64,000 nt of DNA from Blepharisma stoltei ATCC 30299. Its lineage: Eukaryota > Protista > Ciliophora. Location of the stretch: contig CBFDEM010000028.1 in assembly GCA_965603825.1 (NCBI GenBank), positions 186,001 to 250,000 on the forward strand, written 5' to 3'. A program made the translations under genes and the position numbers. The notes under the pieces were generated by a model. That model was not told the origin of the DNA, did no database searches, and worked only from the letters and a program-made list of their open reading frames with translations. Of the stretch, positions 25,346 through 37,191 are shown piece by piece (position 1 is the stretch's first letter; every line of letters starts with the position of its first letter).

Positions 25346-26455
25346 TTAATATTTATCGGTTTTACTCATTCTTTTACTAACAAATTCCTCTATTTCTTCA
25401 TTGTTCTCAAATAAAATGCTTTTTACTGCATTTGTCATATCAAGTTTTTCTTGCCTTTTTTGTGTTTCTTCTAGATATTTTTTCTTTTGGAATTCGCACC
25501 AATCATGGAGTTTTGCCAATTCATTTTTGACTTCCTCTTGCTTTTTATTTAAGTTTTCAATCTCATTATTCAAGCCACGTATTTTTCCTTCTAAAGAAAT
25601 AATTTTTGGAGTCGAATTATCATATTCATTTTTGTATTGCTGATAAACTTCTTCCAAACTTCCTAAATAACTTAATAAATTTTCTTGGTTTTTACTGACG
25701 CTATCTTCCATTCTAGTTTTTGATACTTCAAGATCAGATTTTATTTGTAAAATCATACTTGCTAGCACTCTATTATTACTTTTGCTTTGTTTAGAGTTTC
25801 CTAGCTCTACTAAAGTCTCAAATGCAGGCGCAGCCTCATGACCTATTTCTTCTAGTTGATTTTTTAATTCTACTAGAGTCGTAGCTGTAAGATCTTTTTG
25901 TAAAAATGAATTTTGATTAAAAATTCTATACAGTTCTTCACAATTGTTTATAGCATTATCAATAATGCTTTTCTTTTCGCTCCATTTTTCGTTTTCCTGC
26001 TCTTTTTCTTCAAGAAGTTTTTTCCTTTGCAATTTATTTAAATCCATCTCTTTCTCTAATCTCATTTTTCTTTGTCTTTTGCTATCTAGCTCAGGTTGAA
26101 TTTCGTATTTAATCTTATAATTATTTGAAACAATAGTGAGTTCAGCTTCTCTAGAAATATCAAAAAGTCTTTTATTTTCGTCATCACAGTAGACTTGGTT
26201 ATATTGACTTTTAGAAATCTCTGATTTTTGAGAGTCTTGAATTTGTTGAGAAATTTGGGTAAAAAGACTAGCATTTGAGTCTGGGGTTTCACTTTGGAGC
26301 TGGATTAAGTCAAGTAGCATACTTCCGTATGAAGAATTGTCTATATCTTTGAGAGTATTTTTAACGTTGTTGTTGGTTATTTCGTGGGGATGGGGAATTG
26401 ATGCTGAAAGGTGGATTGAAATAAGATAGAAGAGAGCTGTTAGAATTGCTCGCAT
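25346..26455 (-). CDS. Secreted trichocyst-matrix/granule-lattice (TMP/GRL)-like extrusome protein
   Basis: Hydrophobic signal peptide, LKDIDNSSYGSMLLDLIQLQ, SFLQ and LVEL motifs, spaced Cys residues, ~370-aa coiled coil typical of ciliate secretory granule core proteins. Confidence 0.65.
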   Translation of the reverse strand: MRAILTALFYLISIHLSASIPHPHEITNNNVKNTLKDIDNSSYGSMLLDLIQLQSETPDSNASLFTQISQQIQDSQKSEISKSQYNQVYCDDENKRLFDISREAELTIVSNNYKIKYEIQPELDSKRQRKMRLEKEMDLNKLQRKKLLEEKEQENEKWSEKKSIIDNAINNCEELYRIFNQNSFLQKDLTATTLVELKNQLEEIGHEAAPAFETLVELGNSKQSKSNNRVLASMILQIKSDLEVSKTRMEDSVSKNQENLLSYLGSLEEVYQQYKNEYDNSTPKIISLEGKIRGLNNEIENLNKKQEEVKNELAKLHDWCEFQKKKYLEETQKRQEKLDMTNAVKSILFENNEEIEEFVSKRMSKTDKY

Positions 26456-26903
26456 AATTTAAATATATATATGTTAAATATCTTCCGTTAATATGGAGTT
26501 TAAAATGGCACATTGAGGATTTTATTTATTTCTTATAGATAATTTCGTAGTTTTTTAAATTAATTGGTATAATTTAATAGCTTTATATTAATTATCAGGT
26601 CTTAAAAATTGAACCTTTCTGCTTAAATTCTTTCAAAAAAATAGCAGGAAAATATATTTAACTAGCATTCATCAAATAAAGAAATAAACAGAAAAATATA
26701 GCTTCTGTCGAACAAATAGCCCATATTATAAATCTTTATAATTATCCATAATTTGATAAAAATATCTTATTAGGGATTATTTATCTTCCTTTGTCTCAAT
26801 CATTATCTTATTTTTTCTATATTTAAAATAATTTTTATAAAATCTCTATCTATACTCACCTACTTATGGCTTCATAAAAAAATAATTAAAAATTTGAATA
26901 AAT

Positions 26904-28664
26904 ATGAGAAAATCAGAGGCAAGCTTCAATGAAATGCAAGAAAATGAGAAACCTTCATCCCTCGTCTCTCTCCAAATCTCGAATCGAAAATTTTCAGACT
27001 TAAAAGGCATAGAGAAATATAAGAATTTGGTAAGCTTTATTTAGGCTGAACTCGATCTTTCAGGAAACAGCTTAATTTTTGCAGTTCCTCAGCTCTTTTC
27101 ATTGAAATTCCTTAAGAAGCTCATTCTTGCCAGCAACCAAATAGAAAGTCTTTGGCCACTTCCAACAACTCTTGAGCATCTCGATATTTCAGATAACTTT
27201 CTAATATCCTTAAACACTGTGCTCCCTGAACTCACTAGGCTTCAATCCTTAGATATTTCAAATAATTACATTGAAACTCTTTCTCCTTTAAGCACACTTA
27301 CTCACTTAAAGTCTCTTTCTGCAAGCTCCAATAAAATCAAAGATTTAAGCGGAATCGAAAATCTCAATATGCTGCTTGAAGTCGAAGTTGACAATAATAT
27401 GATTTCGCTTTATACAGATCTTGAAGTCTTAAAATTAAATTCAAGCATTTCTGTTATAAACTTGAAAAATAACCCAATTTTGCAGTAAGTTTTATTTAGT
27501 GAAAGCCGAGATGAAAAATTCAGAATTGAATTTCCTTCATGTTTTACTGAGCTGAAAGAAGGAATCTTCTATAGACACCCTGAAAACCTAAAAGAATTGA
27601 AGACAAGCAAATATAGGAGTTTAATCAGAAAACATAAAAAATCAGACCAGTTTTTCAGTCCTGACTGAGGAAGCTCAAGAAGATCAAGCAAACATGGAAG
27701 TTCCTGTGCAAGTTTTCGAGAAGTTTACGACCAAATTATATGTGAAGACCCAAGTGAAGAAAAAATCCTCAATGAAAGCATGATTTCTATAGAAAGCGCT
27801 GAAAATGATAAAAGTCCTGAAATAATTATTAGTATTTTAGATCTTGATAAAGAAGAAGTAGAGTTTGTTGGAAAGAAAAATAATGTGATGATATCAAAGC
27901 TCCCACTAGATAAAATCAGTGATAAGCCCAGTTACGAAAAGTGAAGCACAAAGCCAGACAGTAGCTTAGAAGCCTTATTTGAAGAATTAATTTCTTATTA
28001 TGGGCTTGAGGAGCCTGATATCCACGAATTCAGTTTTTCCAATGAAAAATACGAACATGTTGTATCAATACTCAAAGAAAGGGAGGATGAAAGAAAATCA
28101 CTATTAAGTCAGACAGAGATGCTAAAATCTAAAATAAATGAATTAGAACGAAGCCAAGAAGAATTTTTCCAAGAAAAGCTTGAAAAAGCAAAAGAAATAA
28201 AATCACTGAAAAAGCAGCTGAAAGAACTGAGAAAAACTTCAGAAAAAAACATTCAGGATTTATATGAAGAAACCGCGAAGCTTAAATTAGAAAAAGATAC
28301 AATTTCCACTCAAATGTTTGAGAGCCAAAATTTATTGATGAAGAAAATAAGGGAAATTGAAGTAGAGCATGAATTTTCTAAGCGAGCTACTAATTTTAAT
28401 TCTTCAATGGAAGAATGCCAGATTGATGGGTCGAGAGCTTTACTGTCTCACAGATTTGATAGCTCTTTTATGGTGACTAAGGAGATGAGCTTTTGCCAAT
28501 ATCAAAATTCTGATAGAACAGAAGCTCTTGTAAATAAAGAAGTAGGTGATTACATACAAAAACTTCTGAAGAAAATCTCAACTCAAATTGAAAAATTGAA
28601 AAAAGTGAGAGCTCAGCGAGATAAATTGAAACAATTTTATGATAAGCATAAAAATGTAATATAA
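26904..28664 (+). CDS. Leucine-rich-repeat (SDS22-like) + coiled-coil protein; 2 introns, 2 TGA=Trp
   Basis: ATG 26904; LxxLDLSxN repeats. Removing introns 27030-27044 and 27485-27499 gives one frame to TAA 28664. Confidence 0.8.
27030..27044 (+). other. 15-nt spliceosomal intron GTAAGCTTTATTTAG
   Basis: GT-AG ends, phase 0. Removal deletes an in-frame TAG and restores the LRR (KYKNL|AELDLSGN). Confidence 0.85.
27485..27499 (+). other. 15-nt intron GTAAGTTTTATTTAG
   Basis: Phase 2, contains an in-frame TAA. Removal reopens the frame to 28664. Confidence 0.8.
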
Positions 28665-28700
28665 TTTTTCCTTATTTTTAATTCAAGTATGATTAATTTA

Positions 28701-31310
28701 TTAGTTGGAGACCAATGCCAAGTATTTTTGAGAAACCTTTTTATCTTTCAACAAGTTTCCAATTCTTATCAAAAGGATAGCCACTTGTGACCCTTCAGGA
28801 GCTTCAAATATCTTTGAAAGAGCCAAATAAAATTTGATTAAAATATCAATAGTTTCTTCATCAGGCGAACTAATTTCTCCAAACTCAGCCACAAAGTTCA
28901 AGAGTTCCTCCAAAATCAGTCCCAGCAAAGTTATCATATCTTCTTTGAATTTCTTATTCCCAGACATCAATTTATCGTTAGAATCTACTCTAAACAGTCT
29001 AAATGGCAATCTGCTTTGAGCTTGAGAAGATAAATACCACAGCATACTAATAAAAGCTCTGTATTTAATTTTTTCAAATCTCTTATTCAAAGCTGTAAGA
29101 GTATTTAGAAGTCCATGTGCAGGCAAGAAAAACCCTGATGTGGAGGCAGGATTATCAGGCAAAATCACCATTTGTCCTATCAAGGCATGCAGACTAGGCT
29201 CGATTTCAGCTAAATTATCTTCAGTTGCGAGTTCTCCTATAAGTGAAATTGCTGCTTTTATTTGAGACTCAGCTTCTCCTAATAGCCCATTCATTAAGGC
29301 TACTTGGCTTCCTAATACAAAAAGCTTGAATTGGGTGACAGGACTTTCTAAAGAAGGTGTTGTGATGTGGGCATAAGAGATACAAGCTTTAAGGAATGCA
29401 TGGGTTTTAAGGTTATGTTTGCCTCCTACAAGCCTGTATGCTCTCATTGCGATATCTAGTACAGCGTATACAAGAGTTTCTGTGACAACGTCTAGGTTAA
29501 TAAATGAAGCTCTAGCATCTGTTAAAACTGACAGATGCTGCTCTAAATTTCTGCCAAAATTTAACTAAATAAAAATTACATTTTTCAAGAATCTGCAAAT
29601 TAATCTTGAAACTCTATCAACAAATTCAGGACTATGCTCAGAAATATCAATACTGTCGTGGACTACTCTTGTTACTTGGAAAAGTGCATGAATCATTAGA
29701 GGGTTTGAGACTGTGAATTTTATTTCTTCTCTAGCATAATGCTCGACTATTTTATTACAAATTTCAGATTTTTTTTGAATTGAGAACTCATCGAGAAATG
29801 ATAAAAAGCTTTCTAAAGATAATAATGCTGAGAGGTCTTTTGAATGCACTATTAAAACGTTCATTATATTTGCTAATGATCCTGACCAATCTCTTCCAGT
29901 ACCATTTTTTTTAAGAAGAGCTAGAACACTATCAAGTAGCCCATTGACTTCTTTAGGACCGAATTGTTTTAGATAAATTTGGAAGAACACATCTGCTGCT
30001 TTTAAATATAAATTAATATCAGTATGCCCATTTCTTTCTATAGCACTCCAAAGAGTGCTCAATAAAGGTAAAGAATCTTGGTCTTGAGGGCTATCATAAA
30101 CTGCTCTTGCCAACGCAACTGCAACTTTTAATGATTCTGCAGGGATCCTAATTGAGTTCATTTTATCTATAAATAAACTCATTTGAGAAGTTATGTGTCT
30201 GCCTGGAAATTCTTCAATTAAAGCTCTTAATATATCTGGCTGTTTTTCTATAGCAGAAGCCAGTTTTTCTAGAATTTGAAACAATAAATCTCTAGAGCTT
30301 CCATATGCCACACAATAAAATACCCACTCAAGTGCTGGCGTGCTCACTTCATACTGCTCAGGAGGTGCCAAAACTAAATTTTCACAGACATCTTCAATTA
30401 AATCATTAAGATATTGCCTACTATTCATACTCAAATTAATCGCTTGCTTTGCCAAAAACATGCTTGCATAAGCTGCCATCATAGGATTTCCAATCCCCCT
30501 TATCTGTGACACTAATCTCCCCAGCACTTCTGGGTATTTATCAATCCACAAAAACCTATAACACTTTAGCAAAGCCATTTCTATAAAAATCCTAGGCTGA
30601 AGCTCTCTTATGCAAGAAATTTTCAAAAACCAATTTGTAGCTGTATCTCTAGCTAGCTCATTTACTTGAGTTGGCAAAAAAATTTCATCAGTTTTCCCAT
30701 CAAATGCAATATTCATCAATCTCTGGTAAACCAAGTCTCCAAAGTGCTCCAACATATTCGTTATAGTAATAAAAACAGATGGGTAATATGCTGGATCAGT
30801 CACATCTTTTAACATTTTAGTTGCTTGAATTGCAAGTTTTAATGTTTTGACTCTATCATTAATTCCCCAAGCTTGGTCTAGTTCTCGCGTGAGAGTTTCT
30901 ATGTGAGTGATAAATTCTTTGTGAGAGACATAAGAAATTTCATTGGACTTGTGCTTTGATGGGGCTTCTAAGAGCTCCATGCGAGAGAAAGCATGCTGGA
31001 CAACTTTCACCTCTTCATTTTCTTGGCTGTCTGTAGTGATTTTAAAGCCAGTTGTACTTTGGTATTTTTCTGAAGTCATTTTGCTTAGAACAGCCCAATA
31101 CTCTAATGGATCTTCTTTAGGGCTCAGGAGAATGTCTTCTCGAGTTTGTTTTCTTTTTGAATTAAGGCCTAATGGATCTATAAACTCGACAGTTTGCTTT
31201 TTTGAGTTTCCTGATAGCGGGTGCTCTGTGCTTGGCTTAGCCGCAATTGTAGCTTTGACAGTCTCGAGATGGTAATTTCTCTTTCTAATTGTCCAAGTGT
31301 TGATATCCAT
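28701..31310 (-). CDS. VPS35L: VPS35L/C16orf62 (Retriever complex subunit); 1 intron
   Basis: AW..NDRVKTLKLAIQ..K.L, YYPS.F, FGDLVYQR, NWFLKISCIRELQPR, RGIGNP. After splicing: NFGRNLEQHL..RASF.NL, then FLKACISYAHITTPS. Confidence 0.92.
29565..29579 (-). other. 15-nt intron GTAATTTTTATTTAG
   Basis: Phase 0. Removal joins the two VPS35L ORFs at a conserved segment. Confidence 0.9.
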
Positions 31311-31480
31311 TTATCAACAAGCTAAAAAGTGCATGCAATATATCACTTAATAGAGAATGCTAAAAATTTTTTGAATAATTTATAATAAAAAAGTAATTAG
31401 CTATTATGATTTGGCAAAAATATATTTTTATTTTTAACAAAATGCAAAGTCTAATAATTCTTCAAATATATAATTGTTGC

Positions 31481-32248
31481 ATGAGTGCATTCAAAACTTC
31501 TCGTAACAAAGAATTTACAATAAACCCAAGCTTTAAAGACGTCAGTACCAGAAGGCCAGCATCCAAGAGAGAAAACGGAATTTTTCCATCAAAAAAATCA
31601 AATTCAATCAGCAGCAATCAAATCAAGTTGCCAAAGCAAGCAGAAGATAATTCCAATCCTTCAAGACATCACAGGCAGCACTCTCCAGGATCTGTGTATC
31701 ACCATGCATCAAGACTAAGCCCTTGTAATGCGTCTTCAAACTTTTCAAGCTCATTTTCAGGTAGTGTTGAAATTATAATGAGCGAACTTGACAATCCAAA
31801 AGAAGAAGATGGAACTGAAAATGTTGAGAAGAAAAATGAAGATCATAAATTGAATTTTGACGAAATTTCTGAATTAGAGCAAGATACTTCTAAAAAAATA
31901 ACAAAACAGCAAGGAAAAAAAGATGTATTAAAACATCCCTGGAATGAAGATTTGCCTGCTAGAAAAGAAATCCAAAAAGCAGAAAATTCAAGTTTTGTGA
32001 TTTTAAATCAAGGGATGACACAAATTCTTAATAGCTTTGAGATGAAAAAACAAGAAGTTGAAGCTACAAAAAGACTTGTGAAGCAGCAGCTCTTAGGACT
32101 ATTTACAAAAGATGAAACCAATAATAAAAATGAGGTTAGGGAACACAAAAGTAAGGCAAAAAATCTATCTGCAGATTTAATAGAAAATAATTCGAAAATA
32201 AAGCAAGATATCAGTCCACATCTTTATCATTCCCGAGGTAAAAAATAG
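31481..32248 (+). CDS. Hypothetical low-complexity protein
   Basis: Long ORF ending in TAG. The start is placed at ATG 31481 (MSAFKTSR) because the in-frame sequence upstream to 31406 looks like AT-rich intergenic DNA. Confidence 0.55.
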   Translation: MSAFKTSRNKEFTINPSFKDVSTRRPASKRENGIFPSKKSNSISSNQIKLPKQAEDNSNPSRHHRQHSPGSVYHHASRLSPCNASSNFSSSFSGSVEIIMSELDNPKEEDGTENVEKKNEDHKLNFDEISELEQDTSKKITKQQGKKDVLKHPWNEDLPARKEIQKAENSSFVILNQGMTQILNSFEMKKQEVEATKRLVKQQLLGLFTKDETNNKNEVREHKSKAKNLSADLIENNSKIKQDISPHLYHSRGKK

Positions 32249-32345
32249 TTGTTATTTATAAGTTCTTTAAATTGGTTTTAAACTTTTGTCTCATAGAAAA
32301 GAAAAATTATTAGTAAATAAAAAATAAATGTGTGGTAGCATTATC

Positions 32346-34022
32346 TTATTCAAGTTTTTCCCATTCCAATCTTTGTTTATGCTGTTCAATGCTTCCTTCT
32401 AAAACTTTAGTCATCAATTCAGGTGTTAAAATTGCGTTTTCTTGGTTAAATGCTGCATCATGCCATGCAATGACTAGCTTATATATTTCTCTTCCAGAAA
32501 ATCCTTCAGTCTTTTTAGCCATTTCTTCTATAAAAGTATCATCAACTCCTAACATTCCGATATCAGTTTTTTTGTATATCAACGTCCTTGGGTGCATAAC
32601 ATATTGATGCAGCTTTTTCCTCATTGTTTTTGGTGGAGAACAATATTGTAGCAAATAGTGGTAAAGCATTTGCAGTCTCTGTTTTTGGCCTGGTTTTTCA
32701 AAGTGCACAATTTCATCAACTCTATCAAGAATGGCCCTGTCTAGCTGCTCAGGTGTATTTGAGGCAAGGACTAGCATAAAATTATGTGACGCAGATCCAG
32801 TTCTATATAAAAGTGCATTTAAAGCATTTCTCATTTCTTCACTTATATGAGTTGTATCTCTTCTTCTTAAAAATGCATCAGCTTCATCCATAAAAAGGAG
32901 CACACCTCTTTTGCTTGTGCTTGCCCAGTCAAAAAGTTTATGGAGCTCTGTAACACCTTCTTTTCCAAGTGGCCCAATATCACCACCAGTGAAAATTGCA
33001 TAATCCATGCCTGAATGGTCAGCCAAGCTTTTAGCAAAAAGTGTTTTTCCTGTCCCTGGAGGGCCATATAGCAGTAAATTTCTAAATGGAGCATAATGCT
33101 TTTTTCTATTAACAATACTATGAGCAAGTGTCTTTAAGCCTCTTTCTAAGTTTTCATTAATGAAAATCCCTTCCAAAATATCTTTTTCACGCTGAACTGT
33201 AGATGTTGGTAAAAATCGTCCTTTAACAATCCACTGCTTATAAAGTTTATTAACTGGAGTCGTAATGACTTCTTTTACTGTCGTTTTTCTTGATGTCTGT
33301 CTAACTAAAGAAGGCTTTCCTAAGCGAGCTTCTATAAAAGTCGATGTAATTTTTCCTGCTGCTTTTGCAAACTGGAAGCCAAAAAATGCAATTGTAAGAG
33401 CTCCTGACAAATAAAGCAAATTTTTGAAGTCGCCTAAATAAGTTTTTAAGCCTCCTCCGACTGCTTCCAAATTCTGTGACCAGACTTCTTTGAGCGTATT
33501 TCTCCTTTCATCTTCTTTAATTTTAATCTCTTCAAAGCGCAGATCTCTTGTTTCTTTCATGAATTCAATTTTAGCCAGCTGTTTTTCTCTAATTCTATCT
33601 TGATCGCCTTGGCGTTTAAGCTGATGTTCATATTCAAGGGTTTCTCTTCTCAATGCTTCTTGTTTGGCTACACTTTCTTCATCTTTTCTTCTGTTCATTT
33701 CTTGCTGACGAGCATGTTGGTCTAGCTGGTCTTGGTATCTCTGCCTTGCAAGCTGATCGTCAAACTGACTTTTTTGCTTTGATATTTCTAGCTCTTTTTC
33801 AAGGGTCTTTCGTTTTTCTTGCTGCTCAATTTGAGCACGCTGGACTTCTAATTGCTTCATTGATGCCTCTGCTTCAGCTTTTTTGGTTTCTTCTTGTTTA
33901 ATTGTGATTTCAAAAGCTTGTTTAGCGTTCGAGGATTTGTCAAGTTCTTTGGCGGCCTTTGCAGCTCTTTCGAGTCCAGATGAATCAAAGCCATAAGCAC
34001 CTTTTGTATCACGACTGACCAT
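32346..34022 (-). CDS. ATAD3: Mitochondrial AAA+ ATPase ATAD3
   Basis: FDSSGLERAAKAAKEL, LARQRYQDQL, ARLGKPSLVRQTSR, LLYGPPGTGKT, GGDIGPLG, HKLFDWA, DEADAFLRRR. Confidence 0.96.
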   Translation of the reverse strand: MVSRDTKGAYGFDSSGLERAAKAAKELDKSSNAKQAFEITIKQEETKKAEAEASMKQLEVQRAQIEQQEKRKTLEKELEISKQKSQFDDQLARQRYQDQLDQHARQQEMNRRKDEESVAKQEALRRETLEYEHQLKRQGDQDRIREKQLAKIEFMKETRDLRFEEIKIKEDERRNTLKEVWSQNLEAVGGGLKTYLGDFKNLLYLSGALTIAFFGFQFAKAAGKITSTFIEARLGKPSLVRQTSRKTTVKEVITTPVNKLYKQWIVKGRFLPTSTVQREKDILEGIFINENLERGLKTLAHSIVNRKKHYAPFRNLLLYGPPGTGKTLFAKSLADHSGMDYAIFTGGDIGPLGKEGVTELHKLFDWASTSKRGVLLFMDEADAFLRRRDTTHISEEMRNALNALLYRTGSASHNFMLVLASNTPEQLDRAILDRVDEIVHFEKPGQKQRLQMLYHYLLQYCSPPKTMRKKLHQYVMHPRTLIYKKTDIGMLGVDDTFIEEMAKKTEGFSGREIYKLVIAWHDAAFNQENAILTPELMTKVLEGSIEQHKQRLEWEKLE

Positions 34023-34111
34023 CTTTATTAGCCGTGAATTATGTAATTAAAAAATTAACACCAAAGAAATTAATTGGATTATTTTGTGTTAAAATTGAAT
34101 AATGTCCCATT

Positions 34112-35269
34112 CTATACATCTTTTATTTCAGATAAAGCATTAAATACTGAGTCTTCGTTGGATTCTTTGTATGTGAGAATCTCTCCGATGTCACTGCAAA
34201 CAGCGCTTGGGGAGTAAATGAAGTCAATTGTACTTAAGTGGTCAAGATCTTTACTTGACATTTGGTTCAAAAGAGAATTGGAAGAGCCAAATGAGATTTT
34301 CGAATCAATTGAATTAATAATAGCTGGTCTTGCTTTACTTTTTACTATCTGATTATAAATATCTTCAACTGGGATTCCGTTAGACTTAACTGCATTCACC
34401 AGATCTCTAAATATTTTCAGTCTCTGTTTTAACTCTTTTGCGTAATCTTTTGACTGCTTAAGAAGCTCTTTTAGCGTATCATTGTCATTTTTCGTATCCT
34501 TTATCACTTCTTTGTTATTTTTCTTTTCATTCTTCAATATCACTTTCAAAGAATCGATTTTTTCTTGTAATAAATCATTTTCTTTATTTTTATCACTTAA
34601 ATTTGAATTTAATTCCATATTTTCAATAGCAAGCTTTTTAAACCTTTTTCTGAACAATTTTAATGTGTGGGCTTCTTCTTTAAGCTTGCTATTTAACGCA
34701 GCAATTTCGCTGGTTTTTGTTTTTAATTCTTTTTCTAAAAAATTTATCCACTCATCATATCCATTTTTTATCTGCCTCATCACTTTTGAATATGGGTTTT
34801 CTATTGAAATAAGCTCATCCCACATTTGATTATAAATTTTGAACTTGTCAAAGCTAGTGGCGCTCTCTTCGCCAAATCTTTGTAAATGGTAATTAATTTT
34901 TGATTCAAATGCATAGATATCAATATGTTTTTCTATTGTTGACTTAGTTGACGGAGTTGCGTAATCAGAATTAGTTTGTTCTATATCAGCAAAACTTGTT
35001 GTGAATAGGCTTTCTGGGCTTTTTGCTTTTAATGAGGAATTTAGTTTTAATCTGGACTGTGATCGTGACTTAGATAAATTTTCATGTGTAAGCGTTCTTA
35101 CTGCATCTTTGGAATAGAGCTGTATATCAATTTTTGATTTTAAATTGATAGCTTGTAAAGATGTCTGCTCTATTAAAGGAGATCTTGATCTTTGAAGGCT
35201 GGATCTGCCTTGTGGAGTACCTGATCGAATTCTTAATACTTTATCCTGAGGCTTTTCATTGTGTGACAT
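34112..35269 (-). CDS. Coiled-coil protein with a TSNAXIP1-N-like segment
   Basis: 385-aa ORF. KFKIYNQMWDELI..PYSKVMRQIKNGYDEWI is followed by a coiled coil. Confidence 0.6.
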   Translation of the reverse strand: MSHNEKPQDKVLRIRSGTPQGRSSLQRSRSPLIEQTSLQAINLKSKIDIQLYSKDAVRTLTHENLSKSRSQSRLKLNSSLKAKSPESLFTTSFADIEQTNSDYATPSTKSTIEKHIDIYAFESKINYHLQRFGEESATSFDKFKIYNQMWDELISIENPYSKVMRQIKNGYDEWINFLEKELKTKTSEIAALNSKLKEEAHTLKLFRKRFKKLAIENMELNSNLSDKNKENDLLQEKIDSLKVILKNEKKNNKEVIKDTKNDNDTLKELLKQSKDYAKELKQRLKIFRDLVNAVKSNGIPVEDIYNQIVKSKARPAIINSIDSKISFGSSNSLLNQMSSKDLDHLSTIDFIYSPSAVCSDIGEILTYKESNEDSVFNALSEIKDV

Positions 35270-35547
35270 TTTAGAAAATATTGGAATAACAGTAATCTAA
35301 GTAGTAATTCACTTAATATTATGAGAAAGAACTTCTTAATATAAATGATAATTAATGATGTGTAAATCTATGCTAAAAAACACTTTAAATAGTAGTTTTG
35401 ATTGTTTTAGAAGAAATAATTTGGGATAGTTACCTATATAAGGACATATTTATGATTTATTTTTTAATGATAATCCTTATAGGAAAGACCTCCTAATAAA
35501 ATTTACCACATTTTTGCATTTCCCATATCTAAAATTTCATAATAAGT

Positions 35548-37071
35548 ATGTCAGGATTCCCAGAGCAAAGAAAAGTTAAAAAAACTTATACGTCTCCTCC
35601 TGACGTGTTTGAGCCAGATCTCAAAGAATATCCTCAAAAGCTTTCTAGCATAAAAAATTCCCTTTCCTCCTTTTCAAGTCAGCTGAGCATTAATCCCAAA
35701 GATTTTAAGGATTTTCAGCCCATTTCTAATTCTGACATATCTTCAAACTCCTCAAGTTCTTCCCCAACGGCTATTCAAAAAGACACCTCACTTCAGCCAG
35801 ATTCAGGAGATATGTCTCCAAGTCTTGAGGTTACTGACCCAAAAGCCTGGAAAAATGAAACAACTAATGCAGAAGAAATAAAGTCACCCTCAGAAACCGC
35901 GAAAATTATTTCTCCAATACAAGTTCCAGAGCAAGAAGTTCCAACACCTAAAGATACTCCATTTGCGTCAACAGAGCATTCTCCGAAAGAAATCAGAGAA
36001 TTCAATATTCCTGATTCCTCACATTTCCATAAAATCACATACAGTTGTGAAGATATCCAAATAGTTAAATACGATGATTGGTCCTATGTGATGCCAATTG
36101 AAATAGTTAGGATTTGGAGGAGGAAAAAGACTGACAATAATTGAAATTCAAGTAAATTACCAGTCCCAAAGCCCATTATCAGAGCAAATGCACCTGATTC
36201 TCCAGGCATGTGGAGAGCAGAAATGTCAGAAACCCAACTCAAAATAAGAAACAGAGCTGAAAAACTCAGAAAAAAATTAGGATCCCAAACACCTATTGAT
36301 GAAATTTCTGCCAGGAGAATAAAAACTACCTTAAACAAGCTAACCCCTACAAATCTTGACAAATTAAAGCTGCAGCTCTTTGAAATCTCAAGAGAAAAGC
36401 CAGAAAACCTAGAAATCTTAGTTTCAGGAATTTTCCAAAAAGCCTGCACAGAAACAAAATACACCCAGCTTTACGCTGAGCTTTGTCAATACTTATCCCA
36501 CCAATATCATTCTTTGAAGCCAGAAGAAGAGCGCAAAAAGAAAAACAACCCTTTCCGTGATGCCTTTTTAAGCCTCTGTGAAGCTTTATTCTTTTATAAC
36601 CCAGGTGAAGAAAATTTTGAAGGCCTTTCAAAAGAAGACATTGAGATAAAGAAATATAAATTGAAACAAAAAGTGCTGGGAAATGTCAGGCTTATAGGTG
36701 AATTATTTAGATTTGAGTTTATACCAGCAAAGGTGGTGCTTCAGTGTATTTGGGATTTAACGACAAGTGGGATTGAAAAAGATGGAGAGGAATATAAGGT
36801 TAATCAAGAGTTAATTAGTGAAGACAAATTGGAAGGAGCAGCTATTTTATTGAATACTGGAGGTAGCATGTTTGAGATAGAGAAATTGATAAAGCAAACT
36901 GAAGAGCTGCTAGATATAGTGCAATATATTATTGACAAAGAGCTGGTTTCGTCAAGACTCAGATTTTTATTGATGGTAAATTATATGTAGAACGTGCTTG
37001 ATGCAAGAAAACAAGGATGGCCAAGACCAAAAGACCAGCCAAGCTTTATTAGTCAAGGGAAAAGGGAATAA
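35548..37071 (+). CDS. MIF4G-domain eIF4G-like protein; 1 TGA=Trp, 1 intron
   Basis: IKTTLNKLTPTNLDKL, IFQKA..E.KY..LYAELC, LGNVRLIGELF. Splicing 36976-36990 gives RLRFLLMNVLDARKQGW and a stop at TAA 37069-37071. The N-terminal ORF is linked through TGA 36142. Confidence 0.88.
36976..36990 (+). other. 15-nt intron GTAAATTATATGTAG
   Basis: Phase 0. Removal restores the MIF4G C-terminal helix (R.RF.L..VLD.R..W). Confidence 0.88.
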
Positions 37072-37191
37072 TTGCGATATTGATAAAACATGGCTATTTT
37101 ATAATATTTAAACTAAGCATAAAATAGCATGAACTTCCTTTACCTTATAATATCTCTTTATCACTTAATTATATCAAATTCATTACTAAGC

